A DNA stretch of 64,000 bases from Candidatus Sungbacteria bacterium RIFCSPLOWO2_01_FULL_47_32 (lineage in GTDB: Bacteria > Patescibacteriota > Minisyncoccia > Sungbacterales > GWA2-42-14). A program made the translations under genes and the position numbers. The DNA lies in assembly GCA_001820685.1 (NCBI GenBank), contig MHQP01000009.1, positions 808 through 64,807 on the forward strand. The letters run 5' to 3'. The notes beneath the pieces are model-generated. The model saw only the letters and a program-made list of their open reading frames with translations, was not told the origin of the DNA and searched no databases. Positions 45,877 to 54,664 of this stretch are shown here, one piece after another (positions within the stretch are counted from its first letter, which is position 1; the number at the start of each line of letters is the position of its first letter).

Positions 45877-46509
45877 TATCCGTAATCCATTTTTTACCGT
45901 CTTAAGAAAATTATTTTTATGGCTTTCGTTCGAGACAAGATCAAGGGTGTCGGTATTGACGGTTATGATATTCAAATTGGTGTGTTCGCGTATCCACTCT
46001 TTTTGGAGTTCGGAAAGGAGACTCACATATGACATATCAACCTCTTTTTCGAAATCGCGCGAGCGTTTTTTAATGCGCGACTCAACGACAGGAAGCGAGG
46101 CCTCAAGTCCGACAATAAGGTCCGGAACAGGGAGGTCTTCTTTCAGAGTATTGTAAAAGCCGGCATAGAGGCTGTATTCGTCTTCGCTTGTATATCCGAG
46201 TACTTTTGAGGCTTTCGCGTACGTAAAGTGGTCCTGATAAATGGGGGTATCCTGGACGACGCTTACACGCGAAAGAAGATCTTTTACGCGATTCAGTTGT
46301 TTTGCTTTTTCATAAAGGTAGAAGAGCTGTGTCGGAAGTGCCCATCGCTTGGCATCTTTGTAAAAAAGGGGGAGAAAAGCGTTTTCAGCGACGTTTTCTT
46401 CAAACAGATAAAATCCAAGTTCTTGCGCAAGAAGATTTGCCGCTGTTGTTTTCCCGGAGCCCATGACTCCGGCGATCGAAATGTAGTATGTTTTACTTTT
46501 CCCTTCCAT
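45871..46509 (-). CDS. deoxynucleoside kinase (dAK/dGK/dCK family)
   Basis: P-loop GVMGSGKTT. FEE. ERS-like VESRIKKRSRDFE. Confidence 0.8.
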   Translation of the reverse strand: MEGKSKTYYISIAGVMGSGKTTAANLLAQELGFYLFEENVAENAFLPLFYKDAKRWALPTQLFYLYEKAKQLNRVKDLLSRVSVVQDTPIYQDHFTYAKASKVLGYTSEDEYSLYAGFYNTLKEDLPVPDLIVGLEASLPVVESRIKKRSRDFEKEVDMSYVSLLSELQKEWIREHTNLNIITVNTDTLDLVSNESHKNNFLKTVKNGLRIQ

Positions 46510-46547
46510 ATATACTTTTTATCATAAATCAGCCGTGAAGTAAATTA

Positions 46548-46575
46548 AAAAACGCCCCGATGACCGTCGGGGCGG
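46548..46575 (-). terminator. intrinsic terminator
   Basis: cgccccgacggtcatcggggcg followed by tttttt on the minus strand. Confidence 0.55.
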
Positions 46576-46576
46576 T

Positions 46577-46996
46577 TTAGGAGAAGCTATGGCGCCTCAC
46601 CAGGCGTTTTTTAATTTTCTTCGTTGTTTCCTTTGAAAGCGAGCGGGATGCCGGGTGTGGCATCAATACGATCGGCACGCCGGGAACGAGTTTACGGAGT
46701 GATTCTTTGGCTACCGCACCGCATACAAGAATGATATTCTGATGGACAGCACGAATCCTTCTCTTTATGTGTGCGGCATCCGGAGGAAAGACTCCGCTCG
46801 GCATGTCCGCCAAAAGAGGGTTTGCGTTGGCGAAACGAATTCGATAAAGCCGGAGAGGTAAAACTTCGCGAAAGAGGCATGTTCCGGTTCGTGACGCCCG
46901 GAACTCTTTTCGCCAAACGGCGGGATGCCATTTTTGCAGCTTCCCCCGCTTCCACGGACACTGGAGAACGACAAGGAGAACTGGCTGTGTGCCCAT
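46577..46996 (-). CDS. hypothetical; possible degenerate uracil-DNA-glycosylase-superfamily fold
   Basis: NIILVCGAVAKESL ... VPIVLMPHPASRS resembles the family-4 UDG C-terminal motifs (..LG..A...L ... HPS/HPA). The GEAPG catalytic motif is not recognisable. Confidence 0.35.
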   Translation of the reverse strand: MGTQPVLLVVLQCPWKRGKLQKWHPAVWRKEFRASRTGTCLFREVLPLRLYRIRFANANPLLADMPSGVFPPDAAHIKRRIRAVHQNIILVCGAVAKESLRKLVPGVPIVLMPHPASRSLSKETTKKIKKRLVRRHSFS

Positions 46997-46998
46997 TC

Positions 46999-47406
46999 TT
47001 AATTCAGAAGAAAATCCACGCGGGACCGCAAAAGCAGATAACGTTTCCGGACGCTTTGTATCTTGAGCAGCCGGGGGCGGCTGATTGTTCTCCCGGAAGA
47101 GCCCATGGATGTCCGTATGAATATATCATACGGAAAGTCCGCGGGAAATTGCTCCTTCGAGAGGTCTATAGTTTGAGTGTTTGCCGCAAGCATATTCCAA
47201 CAATGCGTCTTAAAGCCAAGTTTTTTTGCCCAGCGAGGCGAAAGCCTGCCCTGTCTCAAGGTTCCGCCAAAAAAGTCCTGCACAACGAATGCGGCAACAA
47301 GGCAGTGCCCCTGCAGAGGATTTTCTTTTGTCCAAAGGCGTGGAGTGAAGCTTGTTTCAGCCGAAGCGGCCTTCTTAAGGACTGTTTTCAGGCGCTGGAG
47401 GGGCAT
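46999..47406 (-). CDS. hypothetical protein (136 aa), adjacent to the 46577..46996 gene in the same direction
   Basis: The stop at 46999 sits directly next to the ATG at 46996. Met 26 of the track ORF. Confidence 0.4.
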   Translation of the reverse strand: MPLQRLKTVLKKAASAETSFTPRLWTKENPLQGHCLVAAFVVQDFFGGTLRQGRLSPRWAKKLGFKTHCWNMLAANTQTIDLSKEQFPADFPYDIFIRTSMGSSGRTISRPRLLKIQSVRKRYLLLRSRVDFLLN

Positions 47407-47467
47407 GGTTCGCTTCCTCACTATCAACGTTCTATCGATAACGGTACATAAATAGAAATATTTTGCA

Positions 47468-47495
47468 AAAAAAAACCGCACAAAAGCGGTTTCCT
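47468..47495 (-). terminator. intrinsic terminator
   Basis: aaccgcttttgtgcggtt followed by ttttttttt on the minus strand. Confidence 0.55.
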
Positions 47496-47607
47496 ATAAG
47501 ACTGTGTGAGCAAAAATAGTTTTCTGAAAACGCTCACTCGACGAGTTTGCGTGGTTTATCCAGCAACGTGGCTGTTTTTCCTTAAGTAAACCCTCAAAGC
47601 GAAGCTG

Positions 47608-47679
47608 GCAGATTTTTCTTCGTCGGGCTGGCGGTGGGGTCAAACAAGTATATACAGTAAAGGCGCGAAGAAAAATCTG
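47608..47679 (-). repeat. dispersed structured repeat, copy E (minus orientation)
   Basis: Reverse complement reads cagatttttcttcg-CGCCTTTACTGTATATACTTGTTTGACCCCACCGCCAGCCCGA-cgaagaaaaatctg. Starts immediately after the dcd stop codon. Confidence 0.7.
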
Positions 47680-48357
47680 CTAGCGAGCGACCTCCCAATC
47701 CTTGTGCATCTGCGGAATCATCATGTGGGGATTCCACGACGCCTTTACTTCTTCAATATCCTGCGAGCGCTGGTATTTTCCTCCTTCTCCGACATAGTCC
47801 ACCGTCGCTGCTTTTAGGGGCTCAACCTCATAGAACACCATTTGGGCGATTCTTCTCCCGACAACAAGCGGGATTGTAAAATTCTGCGAATTATTCGTTA
47901 TCTCCATCGTCCATTTGTTGAAATATCCGACATCTCCCCACCCGGCGTCTTTGCAAACCTCAATAAAATTTCTTCCAAGAGAGGAGCGGGCGTACATTTT
48001 TCCTACGCAAATATCGCGCCCTCCGATGAATTCTTGGGTATGTCCCAAAACGGTCTCTCCCGGTTTCAATAAAATAACTTGTTCTGTCGGTTTGATATTT
48101 TTCAGGGCGACACCGGTCCTTTTTGTAACGTCAGACGCGGTTTCCGCCTCAAAAGGGCCCGTCCACACCCGTTTGGTTGAGTCTTCGTCGTAGATGTTAT
48201 GGAGCGTAGCACCTCCTTCGGGCGACCCCTCGCGCCAAAACCACTCGCCGAGCGTTACGTCATAGCTCGTCGTTTTGAGTTTCCGGTCATCAAAAGGCTC
48301 TATAACGATAGTCCCTCTCTTCATGTGCCGGACGATCGCGTCGCGTGAAAGTAGCAT
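47680..48357 (-). CDS. dcd: dCTP deaminase family protein (long form)
   Basis: MLLSRDAIVRHMKRGTIVIEPF....SYDVTLG. Confidence 0.8.
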   Translation of the reverse strand: MLLSRDAIVRHMKRGTIVIEPFDDRKLKTTSYDVTLGEWFWREGSPEGGATLHNIYDEDSTKRVWTGPFEAETASDVTKRTGVALKNIKPTEQVILLKPGETVLGHTQEFIGGRDICVGKMYARSSLGRNFIEVCKDAGWGDVGYFNKWTMEITNNSQNFTIPLVVGRRIAQMVFYEVEPLKAATVDYVGEGGKYQRSQDIEEVKASWNPHMMIPQMHKDWEVAR

Positions 48358-48428
48358 GGTAAAAAGATGCTGCGCTTCAAAGCAGGAATGCCTTGCGACA
48401 TGCGCTTACAAGTAGATGTTTCTCTATT

Positions 48429-49064
48429 CTAAAACCGCCGCAATAATTGGTCAAGTTCCCCCCTTGTCATGATACCGGAACGCAAAACAATCGGAGAATT
48501 TTTGGTAAGATCAACGAGCATTGACGGCTCGCTCGATATCTCTCCGGCATCAATGATAAGGTCGGGCCTTTCTTTTTCTTTCGCAAAATAGTGTTCGATT
48601 TCTTTAGTGTTTTTTGCGGGCGGCATGCCGGAAATATTTGCGGAGGTTTGAGCGAGCGGGACATCCATTTTATCCAAAACTTCTTTTAAAAACTTATGGT
48701 CCGGCATTCGGAGCGCTAGTGTTTCAAGGTTTCCCGTAAGGATTTTTGGGAGTTTGCCTTTATGGTGGAACACTGCCGAAACAGCGCCCGGCCAGACTCT
48801 CTCAAGAAACTCCGCCTTTTCGTCCGAGATATACGCAAGGCGCCGAGCAGATGCGATGTCCTTAACAAAAATCGGCAACGCTTTTTCTTTCAATCTGGTT
48901 TTTATCCGGAATATTTTTTTTATTGCATCAGTGTTCATTGCGTCGGCCACAAGACCATACACGGTGTCTGTCGGAAGTGCAAGAACTTTTCCTTTTTTGA
49001 GAAAAGAAACTGTCTGAAAGATGATTTCTTCAAAATTTTTAGCTTCAAGTGTCACGGTTTTCAT
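48429..49064 (-). CDS. tsaC: L-threonylcarbamoyladenylate synthase (YrdC/Sua5 domain)
   Basis: ALPTDTVYGLVADA. KALPIF. Confidence 0.82.
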   Translation of the reverse strand: MKTVTLEAKNFEEIIFQTVSFLKKGKVLALPTDTVYGLVADAMNTDAIKKIFRIKTRLKEKALPIFVKDIASARRLAYISDEKAEFLERVWPGAVSAVFHHKGKLPKILTGNLETLALRMPDHKFLKEVLDKMDVPLAQTSANISGMPPAKNTKEIEHYFAKEKERPDLIIDAGEISSEPSMLVDLTKNSPIVLRSGIMTRGELDQLLRRF

Positions 49065-49143
49065 GGCCGCATAATTTTAAAGAATCATACCATAGCCATC
49101 GGTTTTTTGAAAATAATGACGCATATAGTTGGCAAATAGAAAA

Positions 49144-49168
49144 ATTCACCCCGTGGTGAATTTTTGCC
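49144..49168. terminator. hairpin attcaccccgtggtgaat followed by ttttt
   Basis: Lies downstream of the small minus-strand ORF at 49202..49336. Confidence 0.4.
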
Positions 49169-49201
49169 TCACAAATGCTTGTTATAATTACAGCGAATCC
49201 G

Positions 49202-49336
49202 CTATGCCGGTGTTTCTTTTTGGCTGGACACATCTCTATCTTTTTTCCGTTTCAACCAGCGTATTACCCAAACACGGATGCCATACACGACAGCGAGCGG
49301 TAAGAGTATTTCAATTAATATCAAAATAAAATTCAT
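49202..49336 (-). CDS. possible small membrane protein (44 aa; MNFILILIEILLPLAVVYGIRVWVIRWLKRKKDRDV..)
   Basis: TM helix plus a basic tail. Has its own downstream hairpin. No clear SD. Confidence 0.3.
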   Translation of the reverse strand: MNFILILIEILLPLAVVYGIRVWVIRWLKRKKDRDVSSQKETPA

Positions 49337-49683
49337 TTTTTTTGTTTTTAGGGCCGGAAAATAACTCTTTTCCGAGTGTATCTTCGTACTATGAGTATAA
49401 GCTATTTCCGTTTTTAATTCAAATCGCTTGTCCACATGGGGGAGGAGAAGACTCATTATCATGCTTTTGGGCGGACGGCGCGAGAAACTTAGCTTCTTTG
49501 TGTAACTTTGATTATCGACGTTTCACCGTTTTTAGAATATAATGGAAGCATTAACCTTTTCTGCTCAAGGCGGAAAATGTGCTCTATTCTATGTAAAAAA
49601 CCGGGATAGTCTGAAAAATTTCTTACTCGGCAGTCCAAGACAAGCATTCAAGAATTAAACGGAACAGGCGTGTTCAAAAAATT

Positions 49684-52600
49684 ATGAATGGAAGGCATCA
49701 TAAAAACACCGATGCTGTCGGTGATCCAATTCATCGCATGTCAAAGAGCCATCCTGAAAAAATTGCGGTCGTCTTGCCCGCGCACAATGAAGCAGCGCAT
49801 ATTGGCGCTGTTCTTCGTGCTCTTGCCGCTTACCCCGTTATTCCCATAGTCGTCGACGACGCATCCGGCGATGGTACTGCAACTCGCGCCGGTTCTCATA
49901 CAAATGTTGCTGTCGTAACCCGCACGTATCGGGGGGGCAAAGAGGCTGCTCTTAAAGACGGACTTCATGAGGCGCTTCGCCGTGGCGTCGACGCAGTGGT
50001 CTTTATGGATGCCGACGGACAGCATGATCCGGCCGACATCGAAAAGTTTCTTACTCTCTGGAGAAGCGAGCATCCGGATGTAATTATTGGAATGCGAAAT
50101 TTGAGAAGTCGCGTAATGCCTCTTTCGCGAAAAGTGTGGAACCGTCTTATAAGCCTGCTCATCGGATTTTTTGCCGAAAAAATCTTTTCTGATACTCAAT
50201 GCGGATTTCGTCTTTTTTCTCGCCGTGCCGCCGAAAAACTTTCATTCGGTGCATCCGGGTATGCGTTTGAAACTGAGAGCATATACGAAATGCTTGAACA
50301 AGGCTTTGAGGTACGCGTGGTTCCCATAAAAACCATATATAATAAAGTCGGCAAAGAATCACTTTTCGAAATAAGCCGGGCTATGCATCTTTTTTATTAT
50401 GCCGTGACGCGTGGCATGCGCTGTTCGGTAAAACGCTCTTTTCAGATTTTCCATCAGGTAGCAAAGCCGGCGCTCATCCTTCTTTTTATTTTTCTTTCGT
50501 TTCTGCTTTTTGTGGAGTCATATATGGCGGCGACCAATGAGCCACAAGCCTCTCGCAATGCCCTCTCTGCGGAATATCTTGCGGCATTTACCTGGTTAAA
50601 AAAACACACCGAACCCAGCGCGATTATTATGGCACACTGGTATCGCGGCAACCAGATCGTCGCATTCGCAGACCGGAGAGTTGTTTCTACGACGAAAGTG
50701 TACCCCACGGAGGCTACAGATGTTGCCGAACGGCACCGTGATATTGCAAAGTTTTTTCTTGCGGGAGACGAAACAAAAGCGCTTTCAGTTGCCACAAAAT
50801 ACAGCGCGTCATATGTTTTCGTAAGCAAAGACTTCGAGGCGTGGCTCTGCAATAACATCTCCCGGTGTGATGTTAGTCTCGACGGGCGGACGCTTTCCCG
50901 CCGGGCAATGCGGCAAACTTTCGCTGGCCGCATGGCGCAAGGAGATGAGTTCACGCATTTTAAAAAAGTCTGGAATTCCCCGCACATTGCGATATATAAA
51001 ATAACCGATGCGGACCAGTCTATTCCTCACCATGTTCGGGAGACAGCGCTTTTTATTGCCCGCTCGACGATTGAGGCCGCACTCAACGGTAAAACGCTCA
51101 CACCACAAGACTTTCAAAAGCTTATTCGCGCACGGGGGCTGGATGAGGCGTTTTCCGAAAAAATGGATGTTGATGTTTCTGCGTGGTCAAACCAACGCTT
51201 TCGCGCCTCACGCCTTGGGATTGGTGGGACATTACTAGGAAACATTGTTCTTGCCGCGCACGCCACTGCATTTGATAACCGCTTTTACTCGCTTGAAAAA
51301 AGCGAGGTCGAAGCAATGCAGGTTGAAGTCGTATTCATGAAAGATGACCCATATCCTCTTGAGCCATACGCGCTTAAAACAGCCTCTATCGATCCTTTTA
51401 AGGGCTATGCGCTTGAATATAAAAATAATAGGGTCATCTTTCTTCCGGAGGTTTTTAATGTTCATCAGTACCACAATCTTGCGGAATTTTTAGGAAGTCT
51501 GTGCAGGAAGGGAGGGTTTGCGGCATCGTGCTATCGTGAGCCGGATGCGCGCGTAACTGCGTTTAGCGTGGAAGATATCATTGAGTCAAAAGATAAAAAA
51601 ACCATTCTTGAGCTCGCGGGGCCCTTGGTTGATGCTTTGGCCGAATACTCCGATACCCGTCTCATGGCGCGTCTCGGACTTGCCGCCCGGTGGCTTTTGG
51701 CAAACAGCGACGCCGAAGGGCGCATGACATTTACTATTAATCCGCTTGACGGCACCGAGTCCAGAAATTTTGACGTGATCAGAAATGCTCTCGGATCACA
51801 AAGCCTGGCCGCATTCTATCGAATAAGCGGCGATAAAAACTTTTTGGAAAGCGCACAAAAAAGCAGAAATTATATCGTATCAAAAAGAGAGTTTCTCCGG
51901 AGCAATTACCCGAGCGAAAAGCTTCCCACCGGTATTTTGAATTTTCTTATTCTTGCCGACCTTGAACTTTTTGACATAACACACAACGAAACTTATAAAA
52001 CTTCGGCGGTTATGTGGACAAACATGCTGTGGTCTTTACGATCCGGAAGAGAGGACTTTTCTTTGGTGTTTTTTCCAGATGGGAAATCTGCCGGCGCTGA
52101 AGGAAGAAGAAGTGACCCAATCGTTCGTTATCAAGCGCTCGCTGCTCTTGCAAAATCAATGCGTGTGACCGGAAGTTCTGCGCGCCTTAAGGACCTTGAA
52201 TTGCTTGCATCAATGTACCAGAAGGAGTTTCAGCAGGGCCGGATACTGAAAGAAGGCAAACTCTCTATCGCAAAAAATGCCTGGCTCGTCAATGCGTTTG
52301 CGGAAATGTATCGTCTTACGAAAAAACGTGAATATGCCGATTTTGCCTTTGACGTTGCGGACTGGCTGCTTGGTTACCAGCTTTTGGGAGGGGCCGGGAA
52401 GGAGGGTGCGTTCACCAACACTCCGGCCGATGACGATACGTATTACGCGCGCGGCACAGGAAAAACGACGGAAGCGCTCGCCGACGCGTATGCTTTGGCA
52501 AAAGAGACGGGAGACGCACGGAGAGAAAAAATATACGCCGAATCTCTCCGTTCTGCGTTTGGCTGGCTTATGAGTCTTCAGCTGACAGACGAAAACAGCT

Positions 52601-52734
52601 TCTGGGTTTCCCCCTCGGCGCTTTCACGTTCTATTGGCGGCCTGCGCCACGATGTAAAAAATCCTAAATTATGGATTGACAGCGCTTCGCATTTTCTTCT
52701 CGGCGGCTCCATGTATTTGAAATCCTTAAAATAG
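49684..52734 (+). CDS. polyprenyl-phosphate glycosyltransferase (GT2, GtrB/DPM1/Ppm1-like) fused to 2-3 TM helices and a ~740 aa extracytoplasmic domain
   Basis: N-terminal KIAVVLPAHNE. VVDDASGDGT. VVFMDADGQHDP (DxD). QCGFRLFSRR. TM helices at ~240-290. C-terminal region with (alpha/alpha)-repeat-like helix pairs (ADWLLGYQLLGGAGKEGAF, FGWLMSLQLTDENSFW), preceded by WYRGNQI...DRR...YVFV. Confidence 0.8.
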   Translation: MNGRHHKNTDAVGDPIHRMSKSHPEKIAVVLPAHNEAAHIGAVLRALAAYPVIPIVVDDASGDGTATRAGSHTNVAVVTRTYRGGKEAALKDGLHEALRRGVDAVVFMDADGQHDPADIEKFLTLWRSEHPDVIIGMRNLRSRVMPLSRKVWNRLISLLIGFFAEKIFSDTQCGFRLFSRRAAEKLSFGASGYAFETESIYEMLEQGFEVRVVPIKTIYNKVGKESLFEISRAMHLFYYAVTRGMRCSVKRSFQIFHQVAKPALILLFIFLSFLLFVESYMAATNEPQASRNALSAEYLAAFTWLKKHTEPSAIIMAHWYRGNQIVAFADRRVVSTTKVYPTEATDVAERHRDIAKFFLAGDETKALSVATKYSASYVFVSKDFEAWLCNNISRCDVSLDGRTLSRRAMRQTFAGRMAQGDEFTHFKKVWNSPHIAIYKITDADQSIPHHVRETALFIARSTIEAALNGKTLTPQDFQKLIRARGLDEAFSEKMDVDVSAWSNQRFRASRLGIGGTLLGNIVLAAHATAFDNRFYSLEKSEVEAMQVEVVFMKDDPYPLEPYALKTASIDPFKGYALEYKNNRVIFLPEVFNVHQYHNLAEFLGSLCRKGGFAASCYREPDARVTAFSVEDIIESKDKKTILELAGPLVDALAEYSDTRLMARLGLAARWLLANSDAEGRMTFTINPLDGTESRNFDVIRNALGSQSLAAFYRISGDKNFLESAQKSRNYIVSKREFLRSNYPSEKLPTGILNFLILADLELFDITHNETYKTSAVMWTNMLWSLRSGREDFSLVFFPDGKSAGAEGRRSDPIVRYQALAALAKSMRVTGSSARLKDLELLASMYQKEFQQGRILKEGKLSIAKNAWLVNAFAEMYRLTKKREYADFAFDVADWLLGYQLLGGAGKEGAFTNTPADDDTYYARGTGKTTEALADAYALAKETGDARREKIYAESLRSAFGWLMSLQLTDENSFWVSPSALSRSIGGLRHDVKNPKLWIDSASHFLLGGSMYLKSLK

Positions 52735-52742
52735 TATTTCGC

Positions 52743-54545
52743 ATGAACAATGTCCTGCTAAAAAAAAGACGGACTCTCGTTGCGGCAGGGTTGCTTGTTT
52801 TTATTTTCATGGGAGGGCTCTATGTGCGAACCATTCGCACGGGACATTACCTCCCATATCACACTGTTGCCAGCTACTACTATGATAAATCAAACCGGCT
52901 GAATAACGACGGGGTTTTCCCCAAAACGGATATATGGGATTTTGCCCCGGACGCAAGGATTGATAATGCTCCTCCGGGACTGGCCTATATAACGGTCTTT
53001 CTCTACCGGGTGTTCGGCGGCAGAACAGCATTTTATGATTTTGCCCAAACGTTTCCTCTTTTCATATATGCGGCATGGTTCATCATGCTCGTTCTTTCTT
53101 TTAGAAAGCTTTTTGGCGCGCTCATAACGCTCGGAGGAGCAGCACTTTTTGCATTTCTTCCCGTCTCAGCTTTTTTTACAACACGCGGCCACTATCTGGA
53201 AGAGACGCTCGGCGCGTTACTTATTTTCATCATGGTGCATTGTATTATCCGAATTCCCGAGGAAAAAGAACGGCGGCAACGACACATTCTTAGTATTTCT
53301 CTTCTTCTTTCTACGGCACTTTTCGCGCTCACCTGGCAGCAATATATCGTGGTACTGGGTGCTGCGGGAGCACTCATAGCACTCTGGGCCTTTAAAAAAA
53401 GCGTCGCATCAGCCGGTCTTCTTGCCCTCGCCATCGCGGGCGGGGTCTTTCTTGCCGAGGCTTGGTGTCGTTTGGCAGGACTCGGATATTCGCCGCTTAT
53501 GATGGCATGGGAGTTTATCTATGCCACTATTCACCACAATGATCCGGCACTCTATGCCGCGATGCGTCGAACGGACTGGGCAAATCCCGGTCTCAAAGAT
53601 CTATATAGTTATTTTGGCGCGCTCGGCATACTTGCGGGTATCCTCGGGGTTTTCTCCGTACTTACCGATCTAAAAAACTCACGGAAGCAAGTAATCGGGA
53701 TATTTGCCGCCGCAGGGCTTGTGGTACTTGCCGCATTTGTAAAGGACCGGTTTTTAGCATTGACCCTTTTTTTATATCTCTTCGCGCTTGGCCTTGATGT
53801 TCTTATCCATCCTGAAATGATACGCCGCGCCTTCAAATCTTTTTTTTCGTTACCGGGAGTGGCGCGGTCTCTTTGTATCGTGGGCGCCCATAAAAAAGAA
53901 CTCACGGCCGGAGTGTGCGTTCTTATTGCCAGTGGAATAGTGTTCACTCTATTCTCCGATACCATTCTTTCGAAGACGCTGTATCGAAATAAACCGCTTC
54001 CTATAATCACTGTTTCATCCGGCAATACGCCGCTGAAGGTCGGCGGCTCGTATAAGGTCGTTCTTACTCTTAAAAATACCGGCGGAAGGCCTCTTTCCGG
54101 AGATAGTGTTTTCGGCGGCCTGCACGTGGAGATTGAAAACGCAATCGTTAAAAACATTCGCGCGTATTCGCGTTTCACCAAATCGGAGGCGTCACTTAAA
54201 AACTTCGCCTGGGCGGGAGACAAATTTTTCTTTGAAACGAAATATTATTTTCTCAATTCGAGCGAGGATGGGGGGGTTACGTTCGTGGTCGAACCATATG
54301 CCCTGCCGGTAACAATTTATTACCGCGGATGGCTGCCGGGGTTTTGCACGAAAGAAGAGCGAGGTACGGCGCTTAACGATCTCCTGCCTGCTTGGAAGAG
54401 AGATGACAAAGGCGGCTGGCGAAACGAATCCTGTATCATGCGCGCGCCGGAGACCCCGGAAAACGGAGCAACCCTTTGCCGCATACCTGTTATGGCGGCT
54501 CACCAAGCAATTCAGGACTTTCCGTGTTTTGAGAAGCAATTGTAA
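52743..54545 (+). CDS. GT-C fold glycosyltransferase, PMT_2/ArnT-like (GT39/GT83-like)
   Basis: First-loop motif TDIWDFAPDARIDNAPPGLAYITVFLYRVFGG matches the D/E...PPL-Y....FG pattern of ArnT/PMT_2. ~11 TM helices. ~200 aa C-terminal soluble domain. Starts 9 nt after the GT2 gene. Confidence 0.65.
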   Translation: MNNVLLKKRRTLVAAGLLVFIFMGGLYVRTIRTGHYLPYHTVASYYYDKSNRLNNDGVFPKTDIWDFAPDARIDNAPPGLAYITVFLYRVFGGRTAFYDFAQTFPLFIYAAWFIMLVLSFRKLFGALITLGGAALFAFLPVSAFFTTRGHYLEETLGALLIFIMVHCIIRIPEEKERRQRHILSISLLLSTALFALTWQQYIVVLGAAGALIALWAFKKSVASAGLLALAIAGGVFLAEAWCRLAGLGYSPLMMAWEFIYATIHHNDPALYAAMRRTDWANPGLKDLYSYFGALGILAGILGVFSVLTDLKNSRKQVIGIFAAAGLVVLAAFVKDRFLALTLFLYLFALGLDVLIHPEMIRRAFKSFFSLPGVARSLCIVGAHKKELTAGVCVLIASGIVFTLFSDTILSKTLYRNKPLPIITVSSGNTPLKVGGSYKVVLTLKNTGGRPLSGDSVFGGLHVEIENAIVKNIRAYSRFTKSEASLKNFAWAGDKFFFETKYYFLNSSEDGGVTFVVEPYALPVTIYYRGWLPGFCTKEERGTALNDLLPAWKRDDKGGWRNESCIMRAPETPENGATLCRIPVMAAHQAIQDFPCFEKQL

Positions 54546-54573
54546 AGTAGCGGGAACTGATACGCTATCGAAA

Positions 54574-54599
54574 GGTCCGCCCCGAGGCGGATCTTTTTT
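54574..54599 (+). terminator. intrinsic terminator
   Basis: tccgccccgaggcgga followed by tctttttt. Confidence 0.55.
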
Positions 54600-54664
54600 G
54601 TATCTTCGGCAAGTAGTGTGGTCTATTGCGTATTATATCGATAAATTCCGCCTGTTGTTTATCT

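Noticed and set aside
46771-47451. 226-aa plus-strand ORF overlapping two minus-strand ORFs
   Set aside because: Arg-rich, low-complexity product. The minus-strand pair is directly abutting (stop next to ATG) and terminator-flanked, which better explains the locus.
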